Below the pieces are notes generated by a model, which worked only from the letters and a program-made list of their open reading frames with translations, had not been told where the DNA came from and ran no database searches. A stretch of 64,000 nucleotides of DNA from Tubulanus polymorphus (lineage: Eukaryota > Animalia > Nemertea): contig NC_134028.1 of the NCBI RefSeq assembly GCF_964204645.1, positions 18,359,653 through 18,423,652 of the forward strand, read 5' to 3'. The stretch's first letter is position 1; each line of letters begins with the position of its first letter. Position numbers and translations under genes: made by a program. Of the stretch, positions 35,313 to 50,019 are shown piece by piece.

Positions 35313-37201
35313 ATGACAAGAACTTACACAAGAAAAAGGGGCAGCAGAGCATACAAAACTGCCTATACCCAAGAAGACTTGAAAATACCATTGCCTCAGC
35401 TGGTAACATGAACATATTAAAGCTGGTAACATGAGCCTGAGGAAGGAAAACAAAATCTATAAAATTCCACTAGGAACTTTACATAACAAGCTCTCCGGAA
35501 AATTCAATAAAACGCCTGGTCAGCAGCCAGTTCTAAACGAAGCTGAGGAGAACATTTTGGTCAAATATACATGTTAAGTGGAAGAATGGGATTTTCCCTT
35601 CGACGTGCTTGATGTTCGAATGCTAACACAGCGTTACCTGAATGGAATAGGTCGAACTGTAAGGCGTTTTAGTAATAATGTACCCAGTAGTGACTGGGCA
35701 AGATCATTTCTGAAACGGAACCAGGGGCATATTGTATTGAGAACATGCCAAAATATCAAACCATCAAGAGCTGGTGTTTCTGCTGAAGTAGTCAGAAAAT
35801 ACTTCCATAATTTAAAAGCAACCATGATGATCGACAGGAATAACAATAATACTAGCTTTCGCGTCAAAACAATTCCAATAGATTTGTATTGTATATTTAA
35901 ATTTAACTATGACAAAACAAACCTCTCAGATGATCCTGGTGTTAAAAAATGCATATTCAAACGCGGAACGAAGTATCCAGAAAGGGTTAAAAGTAGTACC
36001 AAATCAGTGCAGAGGGTGCTATTCTTCCGCCTTATGTAGTTTATAAGGCAGAGAACCTCTGGAGTACGTGGACAGAAGGAGGGCCCAAAGACTGTCGATA
36101 TAATCGAACAAAAAGTGGCTGGTTTTACAGTGTAAGTTTCACAGGTTGGTTCGAGACATCGTTCGTGTAGCATACCAAGAAATTGAAAGGTACAAAAGCA
36201 ATTATAGGGGATAAGCAGCAGCCATTTTACATATATAAGAAGCCGTGGTTGATATGCTCAAAGAAATGAGGGGTGTGGGACAACTCGTCCAACAGAAGAA
36301 GCAACGAAGAAAGCTAAACATTGAGGCTGTGATAAGAGCAAATCTGTGGCAGATATAACCAAACCATCGGAATCTACGTCAGAGTCAGATACCACGTCTG
36401 ATGATTCCACTTCCTCCTCTGCTGATTCCAATTCCTCTGATGAAGAAAGCGAAGTTTCTAGTGCTGCTTCTTTTTGGATTCTGGCTGCGTTGAAGGATGG
36501 GATGGAATTCACCGCCATACAAGATACTTCGTTGGGAAAGGAATGGGGCAATCCCAGGGTGGTTCATCTGGTAATATCAGTCGCTCTGATGTAAAATTTC
36601 TCCGTCCATATAAAATGACTAGCAATACTTTCATCTGGCCTACTGTTCCAGATATCGATACTGTTGATCATACAAAAATTGTTGGTTTGATTGAGAAACC
36701 TCTAGAATTACGTAGAGGTCACCTTAAATTTGATGTTGACTCCAAGCAGTGGAAGTAGGCTATAACATTTTCTCTAGGTTAAATTGGTACCAGCATCATT
36801 ACGGTACCAGCTTTTACTTACTTTATTTCAAAATTGTTCAATGTGTTTTGTGTTGGTTCATTGACAAATTCATAAATTCTTTGTTGTTGAGTTCTACTGA
36901 ATTTTTCTTTTACTTAAATAAGAGCCGGAGTAATGTTTTTGGTCTGATGATGTAATATTCTACAGAATGAATTGAATGCATGTTAAATTAAAAGGTTCGA
37001 AGATCAACACTGTGTTATTGATTATAACTAGCAATTAACTATATAGTGAAATTAAAGCATATTTTGATTTTTGGCTCCAAAATACATTGTTTTCTGTATA
37101 TTTTAGGGTGTTCAAAGTAACTCCATATTTTTTCTGTATATTTTTAGGGTGTTCAACGTAACCCCACATCAAATGTGCTCAAAGTAACCCCACTTGACGG
37201 A
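35313..37201 (+). mobile_element. Degenerate pogo/Tigger-like (HTH + DDE) DNA transposon
   Basis: HTH-psq-like KIPLGTLHNKL, CENP-B-like FPF..DVR..DWARSFLKR and FNYDKTNLSDDPG. Repeated CAAAGTAACCCCA subterminal motifs end in CACTTGACGG. Confidence 0.75.
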
Positions 37202-38194
37202 ATATGTTAAATATACACAGATTCAGCATGCCTCTGTTCTTCCGTCCGTCCGCCTCTGCTTGTGAACGCGATTCAAGAAGAACTGTAGATCGCAGGACTG
37301 TGATATTACGTAGCATGATAACCCCTAGAGTGAGGATGTGCCCTATTGATTTTGGGGTCCAAGGTCCAAGGTCAAGGTCTCTACAGGTAATTCATGTGAA
37401 ACCTTGTAAACGAGATCCAGGAAGACTTGTTGATAGCAGGACAATGATATTAAGTAGCGTGATTACCCCTCAGGAGTGGATGTGCCTTAGTGATTTTGGA
37501 GTTCTTGGGTCAAATTTCAAGGTAAGTAGAGGTATTTTGTTCAAAACTGGTGCTGCTACACGTCTGGCCTTCCAAGCATTCCGAGCCTATAATTCCCCCT
37601 GCTTTGTGATTGATACATAATCCTAAATTTACAGTGTCTACTGCTAGACCCTAAAATGCATGCAGCAATGGCTGGCATCGTGCCACGAGCGCCGCCTTTT
37701 TGCAGAGCAGGCAGGACTCGAATCCCGCTGGACTCAAATATTATATTTTTTTTCACACAGATTAAATCGTACTCGCCGACAAAATCCTGCTGCAAGATAC
37801 GGTGCTGCAAGATACGGTTACGCACAACGGTTCCTGAACTTCGCTGAAAAAGCTGAAACACTGAAAAGCTGAAATAAAAACGCTGAAATTCGGAATTCCC
37901 GAAAAACGCTGAAATCGTGCTAGGTACCGACAATACTCGTTTTGAAATGTTTTCCGGGCCGGTGTCCGCTGATGAGTCCTGAACCGTGTTTTATACTCTA
38001 GCTTCGGTTACAGAGACATGCCTTAAGGTCGTCGTCATGATCGACTTGATCGATTGCGGATTGCGTGGATTGTAAGATGTGTTTTTTGCCATAGTTTTAT
38101 GTGCATATACCGGTACGATCTAACACAGGGGCTTGTAAACTGGCTTGGATTTTACTTCTGGGTTGTTGATAATCTCGCGAGAATGGCGCTTAAT

Positions 38195-40095
38195 TTAAAC
38201 TGCAAACTCTATTTTTAGATGCAAACAATATTATAAGTGAAGCCCAGGGTGGTTTCAGATCTAAATACTCGACAGTTGATCATATCTACACTCTTAAAAC
38301 CATTCTTGAACTGTACCTTGGCCAGGGGAGAAGACTGTTCTGTGCGTTCGTAGATTTTAAAAAGGCATTTGATTCAATCTGTAGAGTAACTCTTTGGAAG
38401 AAACTAATTAGTAATTGTATTACAGGAAACTTCCTGAACGTTATTAAAAGCATGTACGACTCTGTAAAATCGTGCGTAAAATATAATGGCAATACCTCAC
38501 AATATTTCACTGCCGGCAGAGGTTTGAGACAGGGCGAAAATCTATCACCAATCCTATTTTCACTCTATTTAAATGATATAGAGGCATTTTTCGTGGGTAA
38601 TGGTAATCCAACTCTCTCATTTAAAGAAAAGCTGAATTCGGACTGCGATCATGATCTTGACACCCTGTTAAATCTATTTATTATTTTGTATGCAGATGAC
38701 ACAGTTATCTTAGCTGAGGATGAAAATTCACTGCAGTCGCAGCTGGATACTTTGTATGCATATTGTTTAGAAAACGATTTAACGGTTAATATCGATAAAA
38801 CTAAAGTTTTAATTTTTGCAAGAAGTAAATGTAGGATCAAGATAGATACAAAGTTTATGTTTGGCACAGATGAGATTGAGATCGTTGAGGACTATCTATA
38901 CCTGGGAGTTAAGTTCAATTGGAATGGCAGCTTCGCCAAAGCAAAAAAATATCTATATGACAAGGCAATGAGAGCAATGTTCTCGGTAATACAAAAAGGC
39001 AGACGCTTGAAGCTCCCGATAGATGTTTTGCTGAAACTATTCGATATGTGCGTCGCACCCGTTGCGTTATATGGTTGTGAGATATGGGGCTTTGAAAGCC
39101 TCGATTTATTAGAGAGTCTGCACTGTACGTTTTGCAAAATTATTATGAAAGTGTCAAAATATTCGCACAACCTGCAGGTATTAGCTGAACTTGGGCGGTA
39201 CCCCATGAGAATCGAGGTAAAACGGAGGATGGTAAACTTTTGGCTTAAAACTGTTACCGGCAAAGAATCAAAACTTAATGCAATCCTGTTCCGTATATCC
39301 CTCAATCTGTATGTACGCGAAAAACACAAGTCCCCTTGGTTATTGTATATAAAGAAATATTTGACGACATTGGCTTATCTTACATATGGTTACAACAATA
39401 CACGGAAAATTATAAAACGCTCTCCAAGTACGTGAAACAAGTCCTCCGTGACCAACACGTACAAGAAATGCTTCAAAAAGTGAATGACGATCAGCAGTAT
39501 GTTAATTTCAAACTATATAAGAACGACGTAAGGCTTGAAAAATATATAACTCAACTTGATGGAAGTCTTGTGCATAGCTTATTCGAATTCAGAATTGGTT
39601 CCTATTTATTACCGGTAAATAATCGATCGAACGCTCATATAGACCAAAGTGAAAGACTGTGCCCTGCCTGTAACATCGTAGGAGATGAGCTTCACTTCAT
39701 TTATGACTGCACTTTGCTAAGTGATCTGCGTGATAATTCCATCCATTTAAGTATGTCCAGAAACTTGGAAATATTAAGGAATCCTACCCCACAACTAGCT
39801 AAATTTATCCAGTTAGGTTTAAGCTTATACAAATCCCTCCAGTGAATTGTGTATATACGTGTGATATATCTTGCTGTATATAATTCAATCTCTGTACTTG
39901 CTTTGTTTGTAAATAGTTTTATTACTGGAAGTTTGATTTTAAATTGTGTTAATTCCTATTTTGTTTTGTATATATGTACATAATTCTGTTCATGTTTTGT
40001 AAATTTTCATATTTCATATTTTGTATTCAATCTTGCCTCCACGTACCATTCTTATGGTTGGAGTGAAATAAATGTCTTATCTTATCTTATCTTAT
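38195..40095 (+). mobile_element. 5'-truncated non-LTR retrotransposon, RTE-X-like
   Basis: QGGFR, FVDFKKAFD, GLRQGENLSP, LYADD, C-terminal RLCPAC..GDELHF..C, one frameshift near 39350. AATAAA then a (CTTAT)4 tail. Confidence 0.88.
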
Positions 40096-40123
40096 CGGAC
40101 ATTAGAAACTTTCTACCTTTTGC

Positions 40124-41432
40124 GGGCAAAAGGTAGAAAGTTTCTAATGTCCGATCGACAGTACCGGTAGCGCCGCTACTTAGCAATAATAAGAACTAAT
40201 GTTATTGACGATGTTTTGTTGAGTGGAAAGACGCCGAGTACCAGTATATATCCGATAGGTTCGAATCCCCAATTTCTTCGGGATGATTTGGTTTTAAAAT
40301 AGCGATCGTTTTAATAGATTTGGTGTACCTCATTAAACTTACCCACCGTCAACACACCTGCCGGATGTGAAACAGGGGACGTCCTATTCCAATGACGCTA
40401 AAGATTTTGTGTGAATTTTATGGTACTGTAACGGCGGTATGAATTAAATTCAGCTTAGACTGGTATTTTAAGGCAAACTCTAATGGGCTAACTGCACATC
40501 GTCGAAAGACTTCTCATCCATCGATACTTGATAAAAATGAAATAAAACATCTAGTTCCAATTATCTCATGTAAGCATCACATTTATTTTGAAAATCTCAA
40601 CCATACATCAAAACATTTTAAAGCCTTCTATATCAAATGCAATCTTTTGCTAACATAAACAATAGACAAATGGCCATATCTCTATCATATTAATTACATC
40701 ACGAATGCTAAATATTGCGATATTAATTGAAATCGTTCAACCAACAAATGAATTTAGTTAACATAATATCATCACAAACCATTCATATCCTTGGCAAAGG
40801 ACTTATAGGCTTTTATAATATCCAAACAGGAAAACTTTAGTCTCATTTCTATGCGAGTAGAAATACATTATCATTATAACATCCATATCTTTGGATTATA
40901 TATAACATCCATATCTGTGCATTATATATATATGTTTACAATGTCATATCTCTTAATAATAATCATTCCAATAATTAAATTAATAATACTAATTTATTTA
41001 TAAATTAATAATTGATAATTAAACAATCAACTCTGCTATAATTAAGTTACACATGAGGTAAAAAAATTATGACATAAAAACTCCTGTCAGAGTAATAGAA
41101 GTAACTCTGTCTAATACATGAAATAACACATTTTAAACAATGAACTGAGCTCTGAATCTGATGAAAATATTCAATCTGAGATCTTACGAATGATGTTATT
41201 TAAGCCCTCTACTTCTGAAAACTGAATAGCGCGCTGTGAACTTCAACTTCAAAACAAATTTGTTGAACAGCAGTGTATCGAAAAACTGTACGTACAGTGT
41301 ACCGCGAACTGAACGCGGCGTCTTCTCACTTAGAAAATTATCGACTTGACAGATTAGTTCGATTTTCGACCGCGGCGGCGCTATACGACATTGGACAAAA
41401 GAAACTTTCTACCTTTTGCCCTTTTGCGGCCC
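40124..41432. mobile_element. Small non-coding TIR element
   Basis: GGGCAAAAGGTAGAAAGTTTCT at 40124 is inverted as AGAAACTTTCTACCTTTTGCCC at about 41400-41421. Confidence 0.6.
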
Positions 41433-44400
41433 GCTAGAAGTATACTCCACACATACTGTCCATGCATGTCTCTGTAACCGAAGGTAGAGACAAAAACACG
41501 GTTCAGGACTCGGCAGCGGACACCGGCCCGGAAAATATTTCAAAACGTGTATTGTCGGTACCTAGCACGATTTCAGCGTTTTTCGGGAATTCCCTGAAAT
41601 TTCGGCGTTTTGCAGAAATTCCCTGAAATTTCAGCGTTTTTATTTCAGCGTTTCAGCTTTTTCAGCGAAGTTCAGGAACCGTACGCACAATTCTTTAAAA
41701 GAATAGACTGGTTACCGGTCTCTATATCCTCCATTTTACATTTTCGATGCATGTCAAATAAGGTCAAACATGTAAAGTAGCAAGTTACTTCCTGGTTAAG
41801 ATGGCGTCTCTTCGAATCTGCTTAGCTTCGAGCGATATCAAAATTGCCCTTTACAATGGACGGAAAGACATTAATTGCTAAGTATCAGATAAATCCACTG
41901 ATAATTTACCTGGTACTCGGAATACAAACTAACAAGCATCGAAATCTAATGCGAGGTGAGCTCTGCCGCGACCGTCACTGAATACAGAACATTCTGAAGG
42001 AACAGGGGACATCCTTTCTATATCTACCGTTCGTGAGATGTATTTAGTGAATTGATGTTTTAATACAGTGTTGTAAAATGACTATTTTTAGTTTCTGAAT
42101 AAAGTTTACAATTGCTGAACTCCTTAGTGCTTTGTGAGATCAGATATTTAGATCCACCTCAGCCTACTGATTTCCTGATACAGACAGCAAGTTGGGACCG
42201 TCAAATTAAGAGACTTGGTCAAGACAAGATACTTAGATCACACTGGAAATTCGCAATATCCTCTCTCCTCATGGACCACACAATGTCAATGTTGACTTTG
42301 CTAGAAATCGATTATAGAATTCATCACGACCAATTCTTTTTCACTGAATTCAATATTTATTGTTCACTTCTGGTACAAAATGTTGTTCAGCCCCTGACAA
42401 GAGAATAAGCAATTGACAAGAGAATAAGCACTACATATTTCATGACATAGAACAGTAGTTTTTTTTTCATCGACAAATTGGGACGATCCTGATATCCCTG
42501 ATTTGAATGATAGTGTCTTTAGAATCAAAGACCATGTCTCGACCAGACAGATAATCCAATCACAATTCAAATTGAAGGCTCGCTAGTGCAGTTATTCACA
42601 GAATCCAGCTCTTTTAACCTTATCAGTTTAGCAGATCGTGAGCAGTGGAGAAATAAAGTACACAACATCTTGGCGCAGCGGCGCTTGCTGATGTAACTGA
42701 TGATGATGAGTTTATCAGAATCAAGGAGTTTCACCGCCTGTTATTTGGAATCTCATTTCATGACAGCTAGTGCTGATTCTTTATTCTCTTTGATTACTGC
42801 ATGATGTTATCATACTGAAATTAAAATACATATCACACTTACAATCAAACCTGGATTGACTTTACAATTAATGGTTCAGAATCCATTTTCAAACTTACCT
42901 TGATGCATTGCAATCTATTCTTTTCATGTCGAGCTAATTTGATACGCATTACTTCAATTTCTTAAAACATCCTACGAGTTGTGACTCACAAAATCATCAC
43001 TAAAAGTAAAACGCACACAATAATCTACAAAAGATAATCAATATAGTGATTGTGAAATAGCACTCATTCAATAATGTTCACATTTTTACGAAGTAAGTAG
43101 GTGAAGTTACCTCGTTGATGTCATTATTTTTACTGGATCAACTGATGTCCAATGTCACATTAAGAACAATCAATCAGTCGCCTCGAGTGAACAAACAAGT
43201 AGCCTCTGCTGCATGGTTCAGTATGTCAGTAGTGGTATAGTAGTATTGTATGTATTGTTGTTTCCATCCACCAGTCCAAAATGCTGATTGACGACCGGTA
43301 GGTTTTGACAGCGCTGTCACGCAGCTATCCTGAATTGAATACTGATATTTTCGGTACCACACGCTAAACAAGTGCCTGCAGAAGCGTTACCTGGCAGTTT
43401 TAATGGAATTTCTTTCTTCATTGGTATAAAAAAATGACTTTAAAGAGGTCCATGGAACGTAAATCGAAACACAGTGTAGGCGGCCATGTTATATTGTTCA
43501 CGTGATGAAATACTGAAATCTGATTGGATCCGTAAAATCCGCGGAAAATGGCGGACGGGCAAAACCTGTCCCATATTGAATGGGACAGGCAACCAGTCTA
43601 TTAAAAGAATCGACCGAAAATATTTCATGCGGTAAGTGTCACAAATTATGTATTGATCAAAGTTATAAAATAATCGCATTCTAGATGTAATCTGATTTAT
43701 TTTTGTATTACAAATCTATTGTATGCTCGATGATTGAATCTGAACATGTCGGATGTTTCATTAAACGTCAACTCAATCCATACCACGCACGACCATAAAT
43801 TCATTTCTCGTTCCAGAAAAGAAAGCGAAGAAAAGAAGATTTACCCAGCAGGATCTCCTTAATGAGCAAGTGAAGGCCAAAACAAAGAAAATTGAAATGG
43901 AATTGTCCGTCTTCGAAAAAGAATCAGCATTGCATATTCGCCTGTTAGAATTGAAGATAAAACACTTAGAAAAAGAGGAATAATTGTGTAGAAAATTGTG
44001 AATTTTTTTCTTCATTTTTCAAAAGTTTTATATATTTCATATATTTGTTAATTCTGTTATCAAATAAATTGCCGCAAAAGTTCCATTATTTGAAATAATT
44101 GTTACATGTTCTCTCTTGTATTAGCAGCATTGTGTGGATGATGTTGGGGTGTCGGTCGCTGAGGGAAAAAGTGTGGAAATTATCCCCGTTGTAAAAATGT
44201 TGTATTCAAGTCTATGGAAAAGATCTTTTTTTTAATTCTAAATTTTTGATAAAGTTGAAGTGATAAATAAGCACTAATCCTAAACTCCCTCAATAGTTCA
44301 TGCTTCCGTCGATATGATTCTAAATCCGAAATTCGAATATCTTTTTTAGAATATTGACCAAATATCCATACCACAATCCTTTAAAGTGTCAAGTAAAAAC

Positions 44401-44843
44401 CCCAAATGAAAATAGATAGTACGTTTTACGATTAGATTTAGGAACTTATATGTAGATAGATATTGCATTACTACTTTTATACTATATTTCTTCATAGAAA
44501 TTTCCAAACTGCGATAATGTCACCACAGAGAATTTGAAAAGTTTGTGAAATTAAAATATTTTGTTGAATTTTGCTACGAAGTCAAATTTGGGGGAATTTT
44601 ACCAGGGTTATACTACTTACCAGTTACCAAATTTAGTATCATCAATAACCTCTAACATTTACCTAATTAGTGTCGAAAAACCGAAAACTTGAAATTTCTA
44701 ATACGTGCACATTTTTTTTGATGATTTGAGTCTGCATGTCTGCATTAATTGTATGGCAGATAACTCATGGCATTAGTTATTAAAATTGTCCAATCATCTT
44801 TTCCACACACTCTTTACCAATTAAAAGTAGAACCGAATCTTAT

Positions 44844-46338
44844 TTAAAAATAAGTGTTTGTGACATATGTTTTCATATGTAGCCCTTGTTCATCAGATGC
44901 ATGTGCAACATGGTTTTCATCTACTACTAGTTCACAATTCACTGCATCTTCATCCCTGAAAACCTCTTTATTCATTATTGCGAAATTATGCAATACTGCA
45001 CATGCTGTTATAACGTTGCATGCTTCTGCAGTAGCTAATCTTAATTCACCATGTAAACAGTGAAATCTTCTCTTAAGCCATCCAAATGTTCTCTCTATAG
45101 TTGGCCTGGTTTGTTTATGAGATCTATTAAAGTTATGTTGTTGCAGTCCATTACAATTCAAGTATGGTGTAATGAGGTGTTGTTAAGGCATATCCACTAT
45201 CCCCAAGCAAGTGACCTTTGTAAGGGGTTCCATTCAAGTATCTAAAATGTAAGATTATAATTGATTAAAATACATGGATTTTTTATATTGAAGTTAGAGT
45301 AGACATTTTAGAGTAGACATTTTCTTTTTAGTAACCTATCGAATTTTGTGAAGTTTATGAGGCTTAAATAACCAATCGGGGCTATGCCAACAACGGCTGA
45401 AGCAACATCAAGCACTTTAGTTAAATTCAACTCCTTGTAGTTGTAGGCCTATAATGCTTTTACATTTACCACACGGCTTTTAATTTCTCAATACTTTACC
45501 TGGCAAGCGAAGAGGCTCTGTAGATGAAGCTATCGTGACAACTTCCTGGCCATTGTGCAACGATATTCGTTAGTAATCCTGAAAATGAAATGAATATTCT
45601 TAAAGCATAAGCTAAAAAGTATGAATATCTTACCAATATCCCCCTCCCTCAGCTTGAGCTCAGACCACTATTCCAAAATCTTCTATAGTATATATTTCGA
45701 ATCTTGTCATTTGCAAGTCAATTAAATATCATTTTTTGTACCAATAAATTCGCGGCGTGAAAATGTATATGCTTACCTATCTTACTATAGATATTAAACT
45801 TACCATCGGCATTGCAAACAGCCTGCACATTGATACTATGGTATCCCCTTCTATTATCATAGTCGGCTTCGTTCTCATTTGGTCCCTGTATTCGTATGTG
45901 CGTTCCATCGATGCACCCAATTATACCAGGAAATTGCGATATCAGATAAGTTCGCTTTCGTTTTTGCGATTTCAATATTTGTCGTAGGAAATTTTATAAA
46001 ATCATTCTTCAACGAGCATAGAGCATTTGTCACTTCGCTTATACATCTTGACACCGTCGATTTGCTCACCCCAAAACTATCAGCAATCACTTCTAAGAAG
46101 GATCCACTTGCGTAAAATCGCAATGCTATCAGAAGTTTGTTTCTTTGGTTAAAGGTAGACCACGTTTCGAATCTCTGACAACGAGATAGTGTGATAACAG
46201 ACTGTGAAGTCGCTCAATGCCTGCTAAAATAAGCCTATATCGGTGGTAGCATTCATCATCTGTTAAAATACGGTCTATCCTCGAGGAATATGACTTTTCG
46301 TTAGCTTGTCGCCCAGCCATCAAGTAGAAAGCAGCCAT
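44844..46338 (-). pseudogene. PIF/Harbinger (HARBI1-like) transposase, three exons
   Basis: RFYASGS..SKSTVSR, GCIDGTH, SINVQAVC; exon 2 WPGSCHDS; exon 3 LLGDSGY, IERTFGWLKRRF, ACAVLHN. GT-AG introns at about 45579-45803 and 45242-45499. Confidence 0.88.
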
Positions 46339-46339
46339 T

Positions 46340-46534
46340 TTTAACTCTGAGTTAAGGATTTAACTCTAGTCTGACCCTGGGTTAGAATTTAACTCTTTTT
46401 TCAAATTTTAACCCTAGGATCAAATCAAACCGACAACTATGGAGCGGATTTGACCCTAGGGTTAAAATTTGACAGGGGTTAAGGAATTTGACACTAGGGT
46501 TAAAATTTAACCCACAACTATGGAACCGGGTCCT
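46340..46534. repeat. Harbinger terminal region with subterminal ACCCTAGGGTTAA-type repeats
   Basis: Repeated taaccctagg/gggttaa motifs end in CTATGGAACCGGGTCC. No partner TIR was found. Confidence 0.55.
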
Positions 46535-46539
46535 GGGGA

Positions 46540-47700
46540 TAAATCAATTCTATATTACATAAAAGAAATTTATTCAGATTTTCCTGAAAAGTTCGGACGT
46601 AATGATCAATTCATTACCGACCTCCTCGGTATAGCTAATAATTTCAATTACTTTTTTTTAATAAATATCGGTCCAAAACTAGCTGATAAAATGCCAGATA
46701 CAAACAAAGATTTCAAGAGTTATCTAAACAACAGAGTTTAAGACACAATTTTCCTTGCTCCTGTGACTAAATTAGAAACAGAAAATATTGTTAAACTTTT
46801 TAAATCAAAGAAAAGTTCTGGAGTCAATAATGTTAGTCAGAAAATATCAAAGGAGGTCATCCATCTTATCTCTGATCCCTTAGTATACATCTTTAATCTT
46901 AGTTTGGTATCTGGCGTTTATCCTAGTGCTCTCAAAATTGCTCAGGTTTGTCCAATTATAAAAGATAAAATTTTAAAAAATTTTAGAAAAAATTATGTAT
47001 TCCCGTGTCGTTGAGATTCTTGAATCTCATGATGTAATTTCAGACTCCCAGTTTGGGTTTAGGAAAAAACATTCCACGTCCTATGCCCTAACGAAAATAA
47101 CCGATAGCTTAATTGATAAATTGGATTGTGGAGAGACTATTTTGATACCATAGTTCATGCAATTCTTTTAAGCAAACTCGACTACTATGGCATCAGAGGT
47201 TCAGCTAATATCTGGTTTAAAAATTATCTTTGTAACCGACTTCAGTGTGTAAAATATGGAGATAAAACATCCAATAGAATGAAAATAATATGTGGAGTCC
47301 CACAAGGATCGATTTCGGATCCTCTACTCTTTATATTGTACATTAACGACTGCCCCAATGCGTCAGCCATTTTGCAGACTATAATGTTCGTGGATGATAC
47401 TAATATCTTTGCTTCCCATAAAGAGTACAGAATTTTGGAGAGAACTGTCAATTTTGAACTTGCAAATTTGGATGTCTGGTTTAAGTCAAATAAACTTTCA
47501 TTAAATCTTGACAAAACACATTTCAAAAAAGGACTTCCGAATATATATCGGAGATATACCTTTACAAAAAGTAAGTAACACCAAATTTGTAGGAGTCCAA
47601 ATAGATGATAATTTAAATTGGAAAGCCCATATACAAAACATTGCGAAGAAAGTGGCACAAGGTATTGGTATCATCCGACGCTTATCATATTTTGTCAAAC
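46540..47700 (+). pseudogene. CR1/L2-group LINE reverse transcriptase fragment
   Basis: IANNFNYFF..IGPKLA, QFGFRKKHST, LLSKLDYYGIRG, GVPQGS, MFVDDTN, WFKSNKLSLN. Many disruptions. Confidence 0.85.
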
Positions 47701-50019
47701 TGGAGGACCAACGGTCCTGTGCTCTCGATGTAAAGTTTTTTTTAAATATCAATGAAAACACATTACATTGATCATTCTTACTCTTTTAATTATGCAGATC
47801 TGTTCTTTTTATCCGCCATTTTGCTAGTAACGCCATCTAGCGGTACACCTATCACACCGTTGATTTTCTCGGGGTAGCAGTGGAGAGTCCGGAGTAGTGC
47901 TCCCGCCTACTTGATTCACTAGTGTATTACTTGGTGTACTCCGGGTAACTAATCAAGCACCCTGCTGGCTCACTGAAGAGACAGGGAACCAGTCTAACCG
48001 GTCAATTCAATTCAGTTCACTGAAACGTATAAATGTTCATACAAAGATTTTTTAAATGGCCGCTAATGCAATGAAAGTAAAGGAAAATTAAAAAGAATTA
48101 TAAAAACGTGAAAGTGTTCTATTGTGAAAATTTAATTGTGTCAATAAAGAACGAACTGAATTATGCCGCGCATGAATACCAATTTCAAGGCTGATCACGC
48201 ACGCTGAACCAAGGTTAGCTTGCGCTGCTGAAATAACAAAACCGATAAAATAAATCATAAAAGGACAGCCGATATAGCCAATATACGAAAGGAACCTAGA
48301 TTTTATTCCTGCATTTAATGTATGTACATATCAGAGCCCAAGAAAGTTTCAAACGAAAGTTATCGACTCCCCAAGCCAGTTATCAATCCGCGTTATAGCA
48401 ATATGGGTTTGCAAGCTTGCAAGCCCATGAAAATGTGTAAATAGTGCTGATTTTGATGATCAACAATCGGCCATCTTGAATCTGACAGGGCCAATTTTTG
48501 GGCTGAAGCTGTCTCTTGGGTAGATACATGTGCAACCCAAATATCGAGTCATTACATTGAAGTGTCTTAAAAACTTCCCAGAATAACTGGATTCCGTCTA
48601 CAGACGGAAGGACGAACGGATGGACGACGTACGAAAAGTGAACGCAAAAGCCCGCTAGGACTAAAGTCCTAAGTTGGCTGAAACGATACCGGTACATAGA
48701 CCCTGGATTCAACACGTTATCTTTTGTTGGACCCAAAAAACTTGATATCAGTTCGGTGGTTGCTGGAAGTACAGAATAAGTTTCCTGTATAAAAAGGACT
48801 TATGCCCAAAGAACGGACCACACGTTTTATACAGAATTAACACAATCAAAGATTAAACCAATTTATCAGGTTATTACTATATTTCCAGCATATCCCTACA
48901 AAACGGATGGTAAATCCAAAATTATCTAGAAATAAGATAAACGGATATGGACGGTCCGGCTACTTATCTGCCGGATATTTTTCCGGTTTTAAAAACGGAA
49001 CTCGATGGCAATTTATCTATCAGTGTTTTTTGGTCGTTGGAACCGACTTAAAACTGTGGCTAGTATAAGTTAATTTGTTTACATGTTGAGAACAGGTGAA
49101 GCACGTGCAGCCTTTCACGTGTTAAAACAAAATGGTGGACCTGGTGTGAAAAAAATCGCTCCCAGGAAGGCACCGAGAAGAAATCCCATTGTAAAACATA
49201 GACAGCCATAGTCTCGTCGAGGTCGTGAAAGCAGTGCGCAAGCGGATTTTGTCCAATGCAAAGTAACATTATGTCTGTATAGACATCAGTTGTAAATTAA
49301 TTTTTAGTCGGATTACGGAACTCTTGAATTCTTGTTTAGGCGCAGCAACTGACCAAGAAGTGGAATGCGTACGTGTATATACGTTACATTCTTCTTTCTC
49401 TGGACAGCATGTAGAGTTGTGCAAATCGTTTTTGTTGGATTACCATTTAGTATGTGAATATTTTGTCGGATCATCTGATTGCTGTTTTCATCGAAATATA
49501 GCATATTATAGCATGTTAATACTAAAAAGTATCTTTTTAACCATGCTTTTAGACCACCCGGAACGCCCTAAAATGCATCTCCGGCGATATAAAAAGGCAA
49601 TAATTTTTTTTGGGGGGAGGGGGAATCTTAAGTTATACGTATGATGTAATGTGTTAACATGTTCTCAGGCAAAATAAATTAATGCCACAATTTTAGGCCC
49701 ATAAATCTCATTTAAAGTCTCGCAATGAATCCCTTTTATGGTTAGTGTGCAATTCACACAATTACCAAGTTTGTTCGCTGGTGTTATTTTGAAGTGAAGT
49801 TTGTTATATTTTTTTCAGGGGACATATTTACCGAGAAATTGTTACCTACATTCGATCGCCTGATGATGGCTACTAGTTAATAGCCAAAATGTTGAGTGAA
49901 AAATATTGTCACCCTGATATAAGTCAAACAATTCATAATCGTAGATACCTAGAATTTCATATCGAAATTTTCATGATAGTTTATTTATCTTACCTCATGA
50001 AATACTTAATAATTATCAA

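Larger units (their letters stand above)
37828..41681. mobile_element. Non-autonomous Mutator-like (MULE) TIR element, copy 1, with nested insertions
   Basis: About 200-bp TIRs CGGTTCCTGAACTTCGCTG... and a 9-bp TSD TACGCACAA (37819-37827, 41682-41690). Confidence 0.85.
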
